A stretch of DNA of 64,000 nucleotides from Oceanicaulis sp. (GTDB lineage Bacteria; Pseudomonadota; Alphaproteobacteria; Caulobacterales; Maricaulaceae), in the NCBI GenBank assembly GCA_040217555.1, contig JAVJPX010000017.1:29626-93625 (forward strand). Direction: 5' to 3'. Numbering within the stretch: position 1 is the stretch's first letter; each line of letters opens with the position of its first letter. Both the position numbers and the translations under genes were made by a program. Under the pieces are notes generated by a model. The model was not told where the DNA came from. It ran no database searches and was given only the letters and a program-made list of their open reading frames with translations. Of the stretch, positions 46,179 through 57,106 are shown one piece after another.

Positions 46179-46892
46179 ATGAACGAACACCTCAAATCCG
46201 ACGCGGCCCTGGTGCTGTTTTCAGGCGGCCAGGATTCCGCCACGTGTCTCGCCTGGGCGCTGGCCCGCTTTGAGCGGGTGGAGACGATCGGCTTCTCCTA
46301 CGGCCAGCGCCACGGTGTGGAGATGCAGGCGCGCAGCTGCGTACGCACCGCCATGATGGACGCGTTTCCTGACTGGGCTGCGCGCCTGGGCGACGACGTG
46401 GTGGTGGACATTTCCGGCTATGGCGCGCTGGCTGAAAGCGCGCTCACGCGGGAGGCCGAATTCGCCATGAGCGAGAAGGGCCTGCCCACGACCTTCGTGC
46501 CGGGGCGCAACCTGGTCTTCCTGACCATTGCGGGCGCCCATGCCTATCGCCGCGCCACGCCTTATCTGGTCACCGGCGTCTGCCAGACCGATTTTTCCGG
46601 CTATCCCGATTGCCGCGACGAGACGATCAAGGCGCAGGAGCGCGCCATCTCGCTGGGCCTCGACGAGGCTGTGCAGATCGACACCCCGCTCATGCACCTG
46701 ACCAAGGCCGAGACCTGGGCGCTCGCCCATGAGCTGGGCCGCGACGCGCTTGTGGATCTCATCGTGGAGGAGAGCCACACCTGCTATCGCGGCGACCGCG
46801 AGCACCGCCACGCCTGGGGCTATGGCTGCGGCGACTGCCCGGCGTGCGATCTGCGCGCCACGGGCTGGGCTGAATGGCGGGGCGGGGCATGA
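46179..46892 (+). CDS. queC: 7-cyano-7-deazaguanine synthase
   Basis: [25 protein letters not shown], and C-terminal Cys cluster [22 protein letters not shown]. Confidence 0.93.
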   Translation: MNEHLKSDAALVLFSGGQDSATCLAWALARFERVETIGFSYGQRHGVEMQARSCVRTAMMDAFPDWAARLGDDVVVDISGYGALAESALTREAEFAMSEKGLPTTFVPGRNLVFLTIAGAHAYRRATPYLVTGVCQTDFSGYPDCRDETIKAQERAISLGLDEAVQIDTPLMHLTKAETWALAHELGRDALVDLIVEESHTCYRGDREHRHAWGYGCGDCPACDLRATGWAEWRGGA

Positions 46893-47518
46893 CCTATTCG
46901 GTCAAGGAAATGTTCCTCACAGTGCAGGGCGAGGGCGGCCAGGCGGGCCGGCCTGCGGTCTTCGTGCGATTTTCCGGCTGCAATCTGTGGAGCGGGCTGG
47001 AGCGGGACCGCGCCAGCGCCGTCTGCACCTTCTGCGACACTGACTTTGTGGGAACCGACGGCGTCAACGGCGCCAAGTTTCGCCAGGCGGCGGATCTGGC
47101 GGCGACGGCCTTCGGGCTCTGGCCTGGCGGCGGGTGGCCCTATGTCGTGTGCACCGGCGGCGAACCGCTTTTGCAGCTGGACGCAACCCTGATCGAGGCG
47201 TTCCACCGCGAAGGCTTCGAGATCGCGGTGGAGACCAACGGCACGATTGAGGCGCCGGCGGGCATCGACTGGATCTGCGTCAGCCCCAAATCCAGCGCGC
47301 CGCTCAAACAGACCGCAGGCCACGAGCTGAAGCTGGTCTATCCCCAGGCCGACGCCATGCCGGACAGATTCGAGCATCTGGACTTTCGCGAGTTTCGCCT
47401 TCAGCCCATGGACGGGCCGAACCAGATGGCGAACGCGAAAGCCGCCTTCGATTACTGTCTGCGAAACCCCAAATGGAGCCTCAGCCTGCAGACCCATAAA
47501 TGGATCGGCGCGCCCTGA
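46889..47518 (+). CDS. queE: 7-carboxy-7-deazaguanine synthase (radical SAM)
   Basis: [28 protein letters not shown]...CTFCDT. ATGA overlap with queC. Confidence 0.9.
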   Translation: MTYSVKEMFLTVQGEGGQAGRPAVFVRFSGCNLWSGLERDRASAVCTFCDTDFVGTDGVNGAKFRQAADLAATAFGLWPGGGWPYVVCTGGEPLLQLDATLIEAFHREGFEIAVETNGTIEAPAGIDWICVSPKSSAPLKQTAGHELKLVYPQADAMPDRFEHLDFREFRLQPMDGPNQMANAKAAFDYCLRNPKWSLSLQTHKWIGAP

Positions 47519-47543
47519 CGCGGCTCTTGGCGCGGCGGGTGTG

Positions 47544-47750
47544 TCAGTCGCGGCGCTCGCCGTCTTCATCCTCATCGTCATCATCGCCGCCGGGGGTGAC
47601 GATCTTCACTGCGCCTTCGGCGACATCGCCCGCCACTCCGATCGTGGCGCCGGCGGCGCCGGCGGCGACGCCCACCGCCGTGGCGGCCAGGCATCCCTGC
47701 AGGGCGATGAGCGCAATCAGCGCGGTGAACACGGTGGCGAGACGGCCCAT
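47544..47750 (-). CDS. Small lipoprotein with Gly/Ala-rich body and acidic tail
   Basis: MGRLATVFTALIALIALQGC lipobox, GGAG 8 nt before the ATG, and tail GGDDDDEDEDGERRD. Confidence 0.5.
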   Translation of the reverse strand: MGRLATVFTALIALIALQGCLAATAVGVAAGAAGATIGVAGDVAEGAVKIVTPGGDDDDEDEDGERRD

Positions 47751-47767
47751 GGGTGAACTCCGGTCAG

Positions 47768-47805
47768 CAAAGGAAAAGCCCGCCACGAGCTAACGCGGCG
47801 GGCTT
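47768..47805 (-). terminator. Probable rho-independent terminator after the pirin gene
   Basis: Stem AAGCCCGCC / GGCGGGCTT (47776-47805) with a 12-nt loop, followed on the - strand by TTTTCCTTTG. Confidence 0.5.
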
Positions 47806-47828
47806 GAAGATGCGCTTAACGCGGCGGT

Positions 47829-48527
47829 TTATCTTGTGTCCACCAGCACGATTTCAGCATCTCCGCCGGCGGTGATGGTGAGCGTCGCCTCGTCCTTGAT
47901 CGCGGCGCCGTCGCGGGCGTTCAGGGCGACGCCGTTGACCTTAACCGAACCCTTGGCCAGCCCCAGATAGGCGTGGCGGCCAGGCTCAAGCGTGTAGGTG
48001 ACTTCAGAGCCTGCCGTCACCGTGGCGCCGAGCACGCGGGCATCGGCCCGGATCGGCAGGGCGTCTTCGTCTCCGGCGCGGCCCGAGGCCAGGACGACCA
48101 GCTCGTTCTCCCGCCCGGTCTTGGGAAATTCCCTTGCATCCCAGGAGGGTTGGCCGCCGCGTTCATCGGGCAGGATCCAGATCTGGAAGATCCGTGTGAG
48201 AGCGTCCTCCTTGTTGAACTCGGCGTGGCGGACGCCGGAGCCCGCGCTCATCACCTGCACGTCGCCGGCCAGCGTGCGGCCCTTATTGCCCAGGCTGTCT
48301 TCATGGCTGATGGCGCCGTCTCGCACATAGGTGATGATCTCCATCTCCTGGTGCGGATGGGGTGGAAATCCGGTCTGGGGCTGGATTTCATCGTCGTTCC
48401 AGACCCTTAGATTTCCCCATCCCATGCGCTTGGGGTCGTGATAGCCGCCGAAGCTGAAATGGTGCTTGGCGTTCAGCCAGTCGGTGCGAAAGGCGCCGAG
48501 GCTGTCGAAGGGGCGTAGATCGATCAT
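47829..48527 (-). CDS. Pirin family protein
   Basis: HHFSFGGYHDPKRMGWGNLRVWNDDEIQPQTGFPPHPHQEMEIITYV is the pirin N-terminal cupin signature. Confidence 0.92.
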   Translation of the reverse strand: MIDLRPFDSLGAFRTDWLNAKHHFSFGGYHDPKRMGWGNLRVWNDDEIQPQTGFPPHPHQEMEIITYVRDGAISHEDSLGNKGRTLAGDVQVMSAGSGVRHAEFNKEDALTRIFQIWILPDERGGQPSWDAREFPKTGRENELVVLASGRAGDEDALPIRADARVLGATVTAGSEVTYTLEPGRHAYLGLAKGSVKVNGVALNARDGAAIKDEATLTITAGGDAEIVLVDTR

Positions 48528-48631
48528 GTCGCTCTCCCGTGTGTCTGCTGTGTTGAGATCGGATTTAAGCGGGGAGAGGCCCGGGTATAAGCGCAGCCAG
48601 TGACGGTTGAGTTTTTCCAGTCAGGAAACGC

Positions 48632-50674
48632 TCACCGCCCCTCCCGGCGCCAGGCGCCGGCGAGGAGAGCCAGGAGGAGAGCGGCGATGAGCAGGCCCGG
48701 CGCCAGGGGCGTGCGCTCGGCGTCGATCACCCGGTAGGCGCCCCGGCGCTCCAGCCCCAGCCAGTCGCTTCCAGCCGCATAGGACCCTTCAGAGATTCGG
48801 CGCACCGATGGTGGGGCGTTGTTATTCAACAGGAAAACGCCGCCGCCGGTCTCGTCCACCAGCTGGGCCAGCCCGTCAGGATCGGGGCGCAGATCAGCGA
48901 ACTCGCGCGGGTTCAAAGGCCCCGAACTCACGACAGCGGTGAGGTCTCCCGAGCGCAGCCTTATGAGGCCGAGCTCGTCGGAATTTGTCGTGGAAACGAA
49001 GCGCCCGGTGCTGAAGCTGTTCATCTCCAGGGTTTCGGCGCGGCCGCTCGGCCACTCGATCTCCAGCGGCGGCGCGTCATCGGCGAGCGTCGTGCGCACC
49101 ACCTCCAGCTCGCCATCAGAGACCGTCGCCGAGAGGCGTTCCTCGTCGAGCTCGGGTTCGCCCATGAGCCAGTGGGCGACACGCCGGAACAGCTCGTCAT
49201 GGGGGCCGCCGCCCTCGTGGCCGCGCGCCCAGAGCCAGGCCTGATCGGAGAGCAGGATCGCGGCGCGCCCCTCGCCGGCGCGGGCGAGGGTGAGCAGGGG
49301 CTCACCGTCCGGGCTTTCCAGCAAAGTCTCGCCAGCCACCGCCCGCGCGCCGATGCGCCGGTACCAGGGGCCCCAGCCCGCCTCGCCGCCGGCCATGGGC
49401 GCGGTCACCGGATGGCGCGCGCCCACCTCGCTGATCTGCGGCGTGAAGGCGCCCTCCAGGATCGTCCCGTCCGGCGCCGCCGGCAGCACCGCGGCGAGCG
49501 GGGATCGCGCGACGCTTTCCAGGCCTGCAAAGGGCGGGCCGGTGGTCACAAGAAGCGCGCCGCCGCCTTCCACATACCGGGCGATATTATCGAAGTAGAG
49601 CGGGCGCAGAATGCCCCGGCGCCGGTAGCGGTCGAAGATCACCAGATCAAACTCGTTCAGGCGCAGCTGAAACAGCTCGAAGGTGGGAAAGGCGATCAGC
49701 GCCAGCTCGTCGGCCGGCACGCTGTCGTCCTTGTTCAGCGGGCGCAGAATCGTGAAGTGCACCAGATCGACGCTGGGATCGGACTTTAGAAGATTGCGCC
49801 AGGCGCGCGCGCCGTTATGGGGCTCGCCGGTGACCAGCAGGACCCGCAGCCGGTCGCGCACGCCGGTGACGCTCACCGCCGCGCGGTTATTGATCAGCGA
49901 CAGCTCCTGGCGGCCGGGCTCCACCTCCAGCTGGATGGTGTTGGGGCCGCGATTGGCCAGCGGGGCGCGCACCGTGACGTCCTCGCCGATGCGCACCCGG
50001 CTGGTGATGGGATCGCCGCCGTCCACAGACAGCGTCACCTCGGCGGTACCGGCGGGCGCGGTCTCGTCCACCACGCGCAGGGTGAAGCTCACCGGCTCGC
50101 CCACAAGGCCGTAGCGGGGCGCTTCTGAGACCACGAGGCGGCGGTCGCCGGCTTGCGGGTCGCCGGTGAGCAGGTGATGCACCGGTGCGTCCAGGCCGTA
50201 CTCATCGGCCTCGTGGGGCCCGTCATGGATCTGCCCGTCACTGATGGCGACGACACCGGCCAGACGCTCGCGCGGAATCCGCCCGAGGCCTTCGCGCAAC
50301 GGATCGGTGAGGCGGGTGCCGTCCTCGGCGCGTCCGCCCGCCACTTCCACCAGCTCCAGCGAGGGATCGTCGGCGGCGGCCCGGCGCAGCGAGTCCAGCG
50401 CGGTGTCGGCCTGGGCGGCGCGCTCGCCGATCTGCATGGAGGCGCTGTCGTCGCGGATCACCAGAGCGATGTCGGACAGCGCCTCGCGCTGCTCGCGCAC
50501 CAGAGCAGGGTTCAAAAGCGCGGCCAGTCCCAGCAGCGCGGCGAGGCCGCGAAAGATCCAGCCGCGGCCGCCGCGCGCCGCCGCAAACCCGCCCGCCAGC
50601 GCAGCCAGAATCGCCAGCGCAGCGATCAGCCCCGGCGCGATCAGCGGGGAAAGATCAAGGCTCGCCGCGTTCAT
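48632..50674 (-). CDS. Membrane protein of the MoxR/DUF58 operon (GATase1/ThuA-like central domain)
   Basis: N-terminal TMs. LRVLLVTGEPHNGARAWRNLLKSDPSVDLVHFTIL...FDLVIFDRY...GGGALLV resembles class-I amidotransferase-like folds. C-terminal TM. 4-bp overlap with the upstream gene. Confidence 0.78.
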   Translation of the reverse strand: MNAASLDLSPLIAPGLIAALAILAALAGGFAAARGGRGWIFRGLAALLGLAALLNPALVREQREALSDIALVIRDDSASMQIGERAAQADTALDSLRRAAADDPSLELVEVAGGRAEDGTRLTDPLREGLGRIPRERLAGVVAISDGQIHDGPHEADEYGLDAPVHHLLTGDPQAGDRRLVVSEAPRYGLVGEPVSFTLRVVDETAPAGTAEVTLSVDGGDPITSRVRIGEDVTVRAPLANRGPNTIQLEVEPGRQELSLINNRAAVSVTGVRDRLRVLLVTGEPHNGARAWRNLLKSDPSVDLVHFTILRPLNKDDSVPADELALIAFPTFELFQLRLNEFDLVIFDRYRRRGILRPLYFDNIARYVEGGGALLVTTGPPFAGLESVARSPLAAVLPAAPDGTILEGAFTPQISEVGARHPVTAPMAGGEAGWGPWYRRIGARAVAGETLLESPDGEPLLTLARAGEGRAAILLSDQAWLWARGHEGGGPHDELFRRVAHWLMGEPELDEERLSATVSDGELEVVRTTLADDAPPLEIEWPSGRAETLEMNSFSTGRFVSTTNSDELGLIRLRSGDLTAVVSSGPLNPREFADLRPDPDGLAQLVDETGGGVFLLNNNAPPSVRRISEGSYAAGSDWLGLERRGAYRVIDAERTPLAPGLLIAALLLALLAGAWRREGR

Positions 50675-53394
50675 TGATCTTCACCCAGGCGTTCGAGAAT
50701 GGCCGGCACATGGACCTGATCGGCCTTGTAGTTTCCGGTAAGAGCGTACATGGCCAGATTGACGCCGAAGCGGATCGCCAGCTCGCGCTGAAACTCGCCG
50801 CCCTCCACCGGCGCCAGGGCGCGTCCGGTTTCATCCACCGCCCAGGCCGAGGCCCAGTCGGCCGAGCCGATCACCAGGCCGGAGACGCCGTCGCGGGCGC
50901 TGCCCTCGGGCGTGGCCTCAACCCAGACATCGCCGCCGGGATAGCGGCCGGGAAAATCGTCGAGCAGATAAAACGTGCGGCCGAGCACATGGTCGTCGGG
51001 GATCGGCTGCAGCGGCGGCGGACTGATGGCGTCCAGAATGCGCACCAGCCCCGGATGGGGCGCGCCGCCGGGGCGTTCAAGGCGGCCGTCGCGGGTGTCG
51101 AAGACAATCAGCCCGCCCGCCTGCAGATAGGCCGAGACTTTCTCCGCCGACGCTTCGGTGAGGGCGGGCGCATCCTCGCTCACCGGCCAGTAGAGCATGG
51201 GGAAGAACAGGATCTCGTCGCGCTCGATGTTTACGCCCACCGGCTCGGCGGGCTCCACCGCGCTGCGCCGCGTGCTCTCGCGCGACAATCCGGCGAGCCC
51301 CGCCCGCGACAGGGCGTCGGCGCGCGCATCGCCGGTAAGGACATAGGCCAGACGCACTTCCAGCGCCTGGGCGAGATCTTCGCTTTCCTGCGCGACCACG
51401 CCGCCGTTCAACAGGGTTGCGCCTAGCACCGCCGCCAGCAGCGCGGCTGCGCCGGAGCCGGCAGAGCGGGTGAAGCGCGGCATGCGGCCGGCCAGCATCA
51501 AGGCGATCAGCGTGTCGGCGATCAGAAGGATCAGCGCCAGGGCCAGAAGCGGCCCGGCGAAGCGGACCTCCCGGCTGTCGCCGCGCCGCTCCACCACCGC
51601 GCCGGGCAGGCTGCGGCTCATGGGGTCAAGCGTGTCGCCGGGCTGGACGGCGTTGAGCGCCGCGCTGGCGGCGCCAAGGCTCCATAGCCCCGGCGGCGTC
51701 GCGGCCGAGGCGCGCGCCTGGGCGAAGGCGTCGGCGGGAATGGCCTCGGCCTCGCCGTTGAAATCCACCAGCGTTCCATCCCCGCTTAAAAGCTGCTCCA
51801 GCCGCCAGGCGCCGGCGGACGGCGCGGGCGGGTTGGACCCGCCGGCCAGCGCCAGCGTGCGCTCCAGCATGGCCGGGAAGAGTCCCGACAGCGGCAGCGA
51901 GGACCAGCTCGGCCCGGCGGTGACGTGATAAAGCACCACCCAGCCGTTTCCGCGCCGCTCGGCGGTCACAAGCGGCGTGCCGTCTTCAAGCCGCGCCCAG
52001 ACGCGGGCGTCCAGCGCCGGGCCGGGCTCGGCGAGCACCTGACGCTCCACCTGCGCCTCTTGCGGCGCGGTGAGGCCGGCGAAGGGGCTGTCGTCGGGAA
52101 ACGGCGAGAGGCCCTGGGGCGCGTCCCACGCCATGGCGCCGCCGAACAGGCGTCCGCCCTGGCGCAGGCGCACGGGCAGCATGCCGCTTGGACCCGCCGC
52201 GAGGCGTGGCCCGGCAAAGCGCAGGATCAGGCCGCCTTCCTGCACAAAGGTCTCCAGCGCCGGATCACTGGCGTTGGCTGAATCGGTGAGCACCAGCGCC
52301 GCCGGGTCGGTCTCCAGAACGCTGGCGAGATCGCCGGTGACGATCTCCGCCGCGCCGATAAGCGCTTCACGGGTGTAGTGCTGATCAGATAGCAGCGGCT
52401 GGCCTTCGCGCCCGCCTTCAGGATCCACAAGCCCGACGCGGGGCCGCGCCCAGCCGCCGCCGGTGAGATGCACCGCGCCGGCAGACGCCGGCCCGTCAAT
52501 GACCACGCGCGAGATCCGGTTTCGAAGATCCAGCGGCAGCCTCGCCGTAAGGCGGGCCTCGATCGCGCCGGCTTCAAACACGCCTTCAGCGCGCGCAATC
52601 GCGCGCCCGTCGGCGGCGAGGGCGGTGACGGAGACCGGTGCGGCTTGTCCGCTTTCCACCCGGCGGGCGATGGCGGTGAAGCCGTCAGGCACGGCTTCGA
52701 TGCCGGCGATCGCGCGCACGCTTTCCTGCAGCGGCGGAAGCAGAAGCCGCACGGCGCCATAGCCAGAGGCCGCTCTTGCTAGCGTTTCATCGCCGTCGCC
52801 AGCGAGCCCGTCGCCGATCCACACCGTATCCAGCCGGCCGGGCGCGCCGTCTTCGGCCATGGCGGCGTCCAGGCGCTGGGCGGCGCGGGCGCGGTTCGCA
52901 GGCCAGCTGCGGGGCTGGTGGGCGGCCAGGCGAGCCAGCGCCTCGCTGGCGTCGTCAAAGCGCAGCGGGGCTGCATCCGGCCCGGCGGCGGTGAAAAGAA
53001 GCGCGGCGTCGCGCCCGTCGGCGCGCGCAGCCTCCAGGCGTGTCCGGGCGGCGTCTTCGATGGCGGGCCAGGCCTGCGCCCCCGCCCAGCTGTCATCGGC
53101 GATCACCAGAAGCGGCGCGTCTGTGAGGCTGGCCGGGTCCGGGCGCCAGACCGGGCGCGACAGGGCCAGAACGGCCAGCGCCGCCATGAGAAGGCGTAAG
53201 GCGATCACCCACCAGGGCGTCGTTTCCGGGCTTTCAGGCGTCTTGGCGATGCGCTGCAAAAGCCGGATCGGCGCAAAGATCACCTCGCGCGGCGCCGGCG
53301 GCGTGGCGCGCAGCACCATCCACAAAAGCGGCAGCGCCAGAAGCGCTGCGAGCGCGAACGGCGCGCCGAAGGCGATGGGGCCCAGACTCAGCAT
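50671..53394 (-). CDS. DUF4159 domain protein with BatA-type N-terminal double-TM domain
   Basis: N-terminus MLSLGPIAFGAPFALAALLALPLLWMVLRATPP (aerotolerance-regulator N-terminal type). C-terminus GSADWASAW...FGVNLAMYALTGNYKADQVH (DUF4159). Confidence 0.85.
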   Translation of the reverse strand: MLSLGPIAFGAPFALAALLALPLLWMVLRATPPAPREVIFAPIRLLQRIAKTPESPETTPWWVIALRLLMAALAVLALSRPVWRPDPASLTDAPLLVIADDSWAGAQAWPAIEDAARTRLEAARADGRDAALLFTAAGPDAAPLRFDDASEALARLAAHQPRSWPANRARAAQRLDAAMAEDGAPGRLDTVWIGDGLAGDGDETLARAASGYGAVRLLLPPLQESVRAIAGIEAVPDGFTAIARRVESGQAAPVSVTALAADGRAIARAEGVFEAGAIEARLTARLPLDLRNRISRVVIDGPASAGAVHLTGGGWARPRVGLVDPEGGREGQPLLSDQHYTREALIGAAEIVTGDLASVLETDPAALVLTDSANASDPALETFVQEGGLILRFAGPRLAAGPSGMLPVRLRQGGRLFGGAMAWDAPQGLSPFPDDSPFAGLTAPQEAQVERQVLAEPGPALDARVWARLEDGTPLVTAERRGNGWVVLYHVTAGPSWSSLPLSGLFPAMLERTLALAGGSNPPAPSAGAWRLEQLLSGDGTLVDFNGEAEAIPADAFAQARASAATPPGLWSLGAASAALNAVQPGDTLDPMSRSLPGAVVERRGDSREVRFAGPLLALALILLIADTLIALMLAGRMPRFTRSAGSGAAALLAAVLGATLLNGGVVAQESEDLAQALEVRLAYVLTGDARADALSRAGLAGLSRESTRRSAVEPAEPVGVNIERDEILFFPMLYWPVSEDAPALTEASAEKVSAYLQAGGLIVFDTRDGRLERPGGAPHPGLVRILDAISPPPLQPIPDDHVLGRTFYLLDDFPGRYPGGDVWVEATPEGSARDGVSGLVIGSADWASAWAVDETGRALAPVEGGEFQRELAIRFGVNLAMYALTGNYKADQVHVPAILERLGEDQ

Positions 53395-53409
53395 GGCGCA
53401 CTCAGCATG

Positions 53410-54282
53410 TCAGCGGTCTCCCGCGATCGCCTGATAGAGCGCCATCACCGCGCTGGCCGCCGGGCGGTCGGTGCGGTGGGTGACAAGCTGGAAGCCGGAC
53501 CGGCGCGCGATGGCGGCGAGCGCGGCGCCATGCTCGCTCCAGGCCTGACGATAGGCGGTGCGGGCGTCCTGGGCGCGGCCAAACAGCAGCGGCCCGCCGC
53601 CGCCCGCGGACTTGAAGCGAGTGCGGCCCTCGAACGGAAAGTCTTCCTCGGCCGGATCGATGACGCGCAAGAGCGCGCCGCCCGCCCCGGAGCCTGTGAG
53701 CGCGGACAGGCGCGCGGCCCAGGTCTCCGGCGGATCGAGAAAATCGCTGGCGAGAATCACGCGGGCGTGGCGCGGCAGGTCCGGCGCCTCCACATGGCTC
53801 ACCGCGCCCGGCCCGTCGGCGAGGGCGCGTCCTGTGAGCTCCAGCCCCACACGGCCGGCGCGCGCGCGTCCCGTTTCGCCAAGGGCGGCGACACGCTCGC
53901 CGCCGCGGATCAGAAGACTCGCCGCCGCAATGAGACAGACGGCCGCGCGGTCGCGCTTGGAAGCCAGGCCCGGCGAGCCCGCCTCCATGCCGGCGCCGCC
54001 GTCGCGCCAGAGATGGACGGCGTTGGCCGCCTCCCATTCGGTTTCACGCACAAAAAGCTGGTCGCCGCGCGCCGACCGGCGCCAGTCGACGCCGCGCGCG
54101 CCGTCTTCGGGCCGGTGGTGGCGATACTCCCAGAAAGTCTCGCCGGAGCCTGATTTGCGGCGTCCGTGCACGCCGTGAGCGACGCTTGCGGCGATGCGCT
54201 CAGATTCGGCCAGCAGCGCGGGAAAGCGCGACGCCGCGTGTTCGGCGCTACGGCGCAGACGCGTGAAGCGGGGCTCAGCCAT
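53410..54282 (-). CDS. DUF58 domain protein
   Basis: HGRRKSGSGETFWEYRHHRPEDGARGVDWRRSAR matches the DUF58 core (G-x-x-x-F-x-x-x-R-x-Y-x-x-x-D-x-x-x-x-I-D-W). Confidence 0.88.
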   Translation of the reverse strand: MAEPRFTRLRRSAEHAASRFPALLAESERIAASVAHGVHGRRKSGSGETFWEYRHHRPEDGARGVDWRRSARGDQLFVRETEWEAANAVHLWRDGGAGMEAGSPGLASKRDRAAVCLIAAASLLIRGGERVAALGETGRARAGRVGLELTGRALADGPGAVSHVEAPDLPRHARVILASDFLDPPETWAARLSALTGSGAGGALLRVIDPAEEDFPFEGRTRFKSAGGGGPLLFGRAQDARTAYRQAWSEHGAALAAIARRSGFQLVTHRTDRPAASAVMALYQAIAGDR

Positions 54283-54284
54283 GG

Positions 54285-54516
54285 GGGTGCACCATCGGTG
54301 ACCGATGTCTCCCCCCGTTCACGGGGGGAGTGGGCCGGACAGCGTCCGGGTCGAGGGGGGCGTCGCTGCGGTTCAGGCCGGCGCTCAAGGCAAGGCCGGC
54401 GCAGCCCCCTCCGTCACCCCGGCTTGAAGCCGGGGAGACACCTCCCCCGCAAGCAGGGGAGGACATCGCCTTTGTGGCGAGCCTCGAAGGAGCCTCCGCG
54501 TGCGGCGCCATGAGGA
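54285..54516. repeat. Structured GC-rich repeat element filling the DUF58-moxR spacer
   Basis: Contains the palindrome catcggt-g-accgatg (54292-54306). Hairpins at 54309-54330 (CTCCCCCCG/CGGGGGGAG), 54417-54435 (CCCCGGCTT-g-AAGCCGGGG) and 54441-54462 (CCTCCCC/GGGGAGG). A direct repeat AGGCCGGCGC occurs twice. Outer inverted pair gatgtctcccc / ggggaggacatc. Confidence 0.65.
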
Positions 54517-55506
<990 letters not shown>

Positions 55507-55572
55507 CGGCTTACATCCATTGGAAGACCTGTCCGTTCACGCCAAACATGGCCGCAGCCAGGGGAGGTGTCC

Positions 55573-56157
55573 ATGGCCCCGCCCGCACCTGACCAAAATG
55601 CAATGCAGTCGCTCATCGAAGCCGCTGAAAGCGCCGCCGGCGAGGGCGGCTATCCGCCGGTGGAGCGCTGGGAGCCGGAGTATTGCGGCGAGATGGACAT
55701 GGTCATCAAGCGCGACGGGTCCTGGTGGCATGAAGGCGCCCGCATCGGGCGCGAGAAACTGATCCGGCTGTTCTCGCGCATTTTGAGGAAGGACGCGGAC
55801 GGGGAGACCTATCTGGTCACCCCGGTGGAGAAGATCCGCATCACCGTGGAGGCCGCGCCCTTCATCGCCGTGCGTCTGGATGTGGCCGGCGAGGGGAAGG
55901 ACCAGCGCATCGCCTTCGCCACCAATATGGACGACCTCGTGGTGGCCGGCCCCGATCATCCCTTGCGCGTGGAGCTTGGAGCGGACGGCGAGCCGGAGCC
56001 CTTCATCCATGTGCGCGGCCGGCTTGAAGCGCTGATCACGCGCGCGGCGTTCTACGATCTTGCAGACCTCGCCGTGGAGGGCGTCGATGACGCCGGCGAA
56101 CCGTGCATGGGCGTGTGGAGCCGGGGCGTGTTCTTTCCCGTGGGCCCCCGGGCGTGA
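55573..56157 (+). CDS. DUF1285 domain protein
   Basis: ERWEPEYCGEMDMVIKRDGSWWHEGARIGREKLIRLFSRIL is the typical DUF1285 N-terminal core. The upstream part of ORF 54601.. is antisense to moxR. Confidence 0.8.
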   Translation: MAPPAPDQNAMQSLIEAAESAAGEGGYPPVERWEPEYCGEMDMVIKRDGSWWHEGARIGREKLIRLFSRILRKDADGETYLVTPVEKIRITVEAAPFIAVRLDVAGEGKDQRIAFATNMDDLVVAGPDHPLRVELGADGEPEPFIHVRGRLEALITRAAFYDLADLAVEGVDDAGEPCMGVWSRGVFFPVGPRA

Positions 56158-56804
56158 GCGCACGGGCCTCGAAGGACGTCGACGCCGACGCGGTGATCGC
56201 GCGGCTTAAGACCGCGCTCGATCCCGTGAGCGCCCGGCGGCGGCCGCCGGCGTTTGGGGACGGCGACCTTAACGGCGCGCCGTCGCCCACGGGGCGCAAG
56301 CTCAAACCCGCGGCCGTGCTGGCGCTTCTGGAGCGCGAGGGCGATCAGCTGCGCCTGGTGCTCACCCGGCGCGCGGACCATCTTCAGGCGCACGCCGGCC
56401 AGGTGAGCTTTCCCGGCGGGCGCCAGATGGCGGGAATGGAGACGCTTGCCGAATGCGCCTTGCGCGAAACCGAAGAGGAGATCGGGATCGCGCCCGCGCA
56501 GATCACGCTGCTGGGAAGCTGGGAGCCTTATGAAACGGTGACCGGCTATGAGGTCACGCCGTTCCTGGGCCTCGCCGAGGGGCCGCTCGACTTCACCGCC
56601 GATCCCGGCGAGGTGGCGGAGATCTTCGCCACCCCGTTCGACTTCCTGATGAATCCGGCTAACCATCGCCTGGAGGAGCGCGAGTTTCGCGGCATGCTGC
56701 GGCGCTATTACGCCATGCCGTGGAAGGGGCGCTATATCTGGGGCGCGACCGCCGGCATGCTCAAGGCGCTGTCGGGGCGCTATGCGGCCGCGCGGCGCGG
56801 CTGA
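56154..56804 (+). CDS. CoA pyrophosphatase (NUDIX, NudL-like)
   Basis: AAVLALL...VLTRRADHLQAHAGQVSFPGGRQ...ECALRETEEEIGI (Nudix box plus the CoA-ase upstream motif). GTG start proposed from a GTGA overlap. Confidence 0.83.
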   Translation: MSARASKDVDADAVIARLKTALDPVSARRRPPAFGDGDLNGAPSPTGRKLKPAAVLALLEREGDQLRLVLTRRADHLQAHAGQVSFPGGRQMAGMETLAECALRETEEEIGIAPAQITLLGSWEPYETVTGYEVTPFLGLAEGPLDFTADPGEVAEIFATPFDFLMNPANHRLEEREFRGMLRRYYAMPWKGRYIWGATAGMLKALSGRYAAARRG

Positions 56805-56818
56805 ACGGAGGGGAGACC

Positions 56819-57106
56819 ATGCTGCGCTTTGCGCTAATCCTGATTTTGGTGTTCGCGATACCCTTCGTGGTCTATTTCGCCTGGCGTCTGATCAAGGGCG
56901 GCCCCGGCGGGAAAACGCCGACGGCTTTGCTGCTCGGCGCGGGGTTTGCGTGCTCGGTGATCGCGCTTCTGGCTCTTGGCGTAACCGAGATCGGCCGCGA
57001 CAACGGCGACGGCGCCTACGCCCCGCCGAGCCTTCAGGACGGGCAGGTGCGCCCCGGCCGCTTCGAGGAGCGCGAGCGCGAGCCGTCCAACGATCCGGCG
57101 CGATGA
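56819..57106 (+). CDS. Small membrane protein (two TM segments)
   Basis: MLRFALILILVFAIPFVVYFAWRLI... Its stop overlaps the cca start (ATGA). Confidence 0.5.
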   Translation: MLRFALILILVFAIPFVVYFAWRLIKGGPGGKTPTALLLGAGFACSVIALLALGVTEIGRDNGDGAYAPPSLQDGQVRPGRFEEREREPSNDPAR

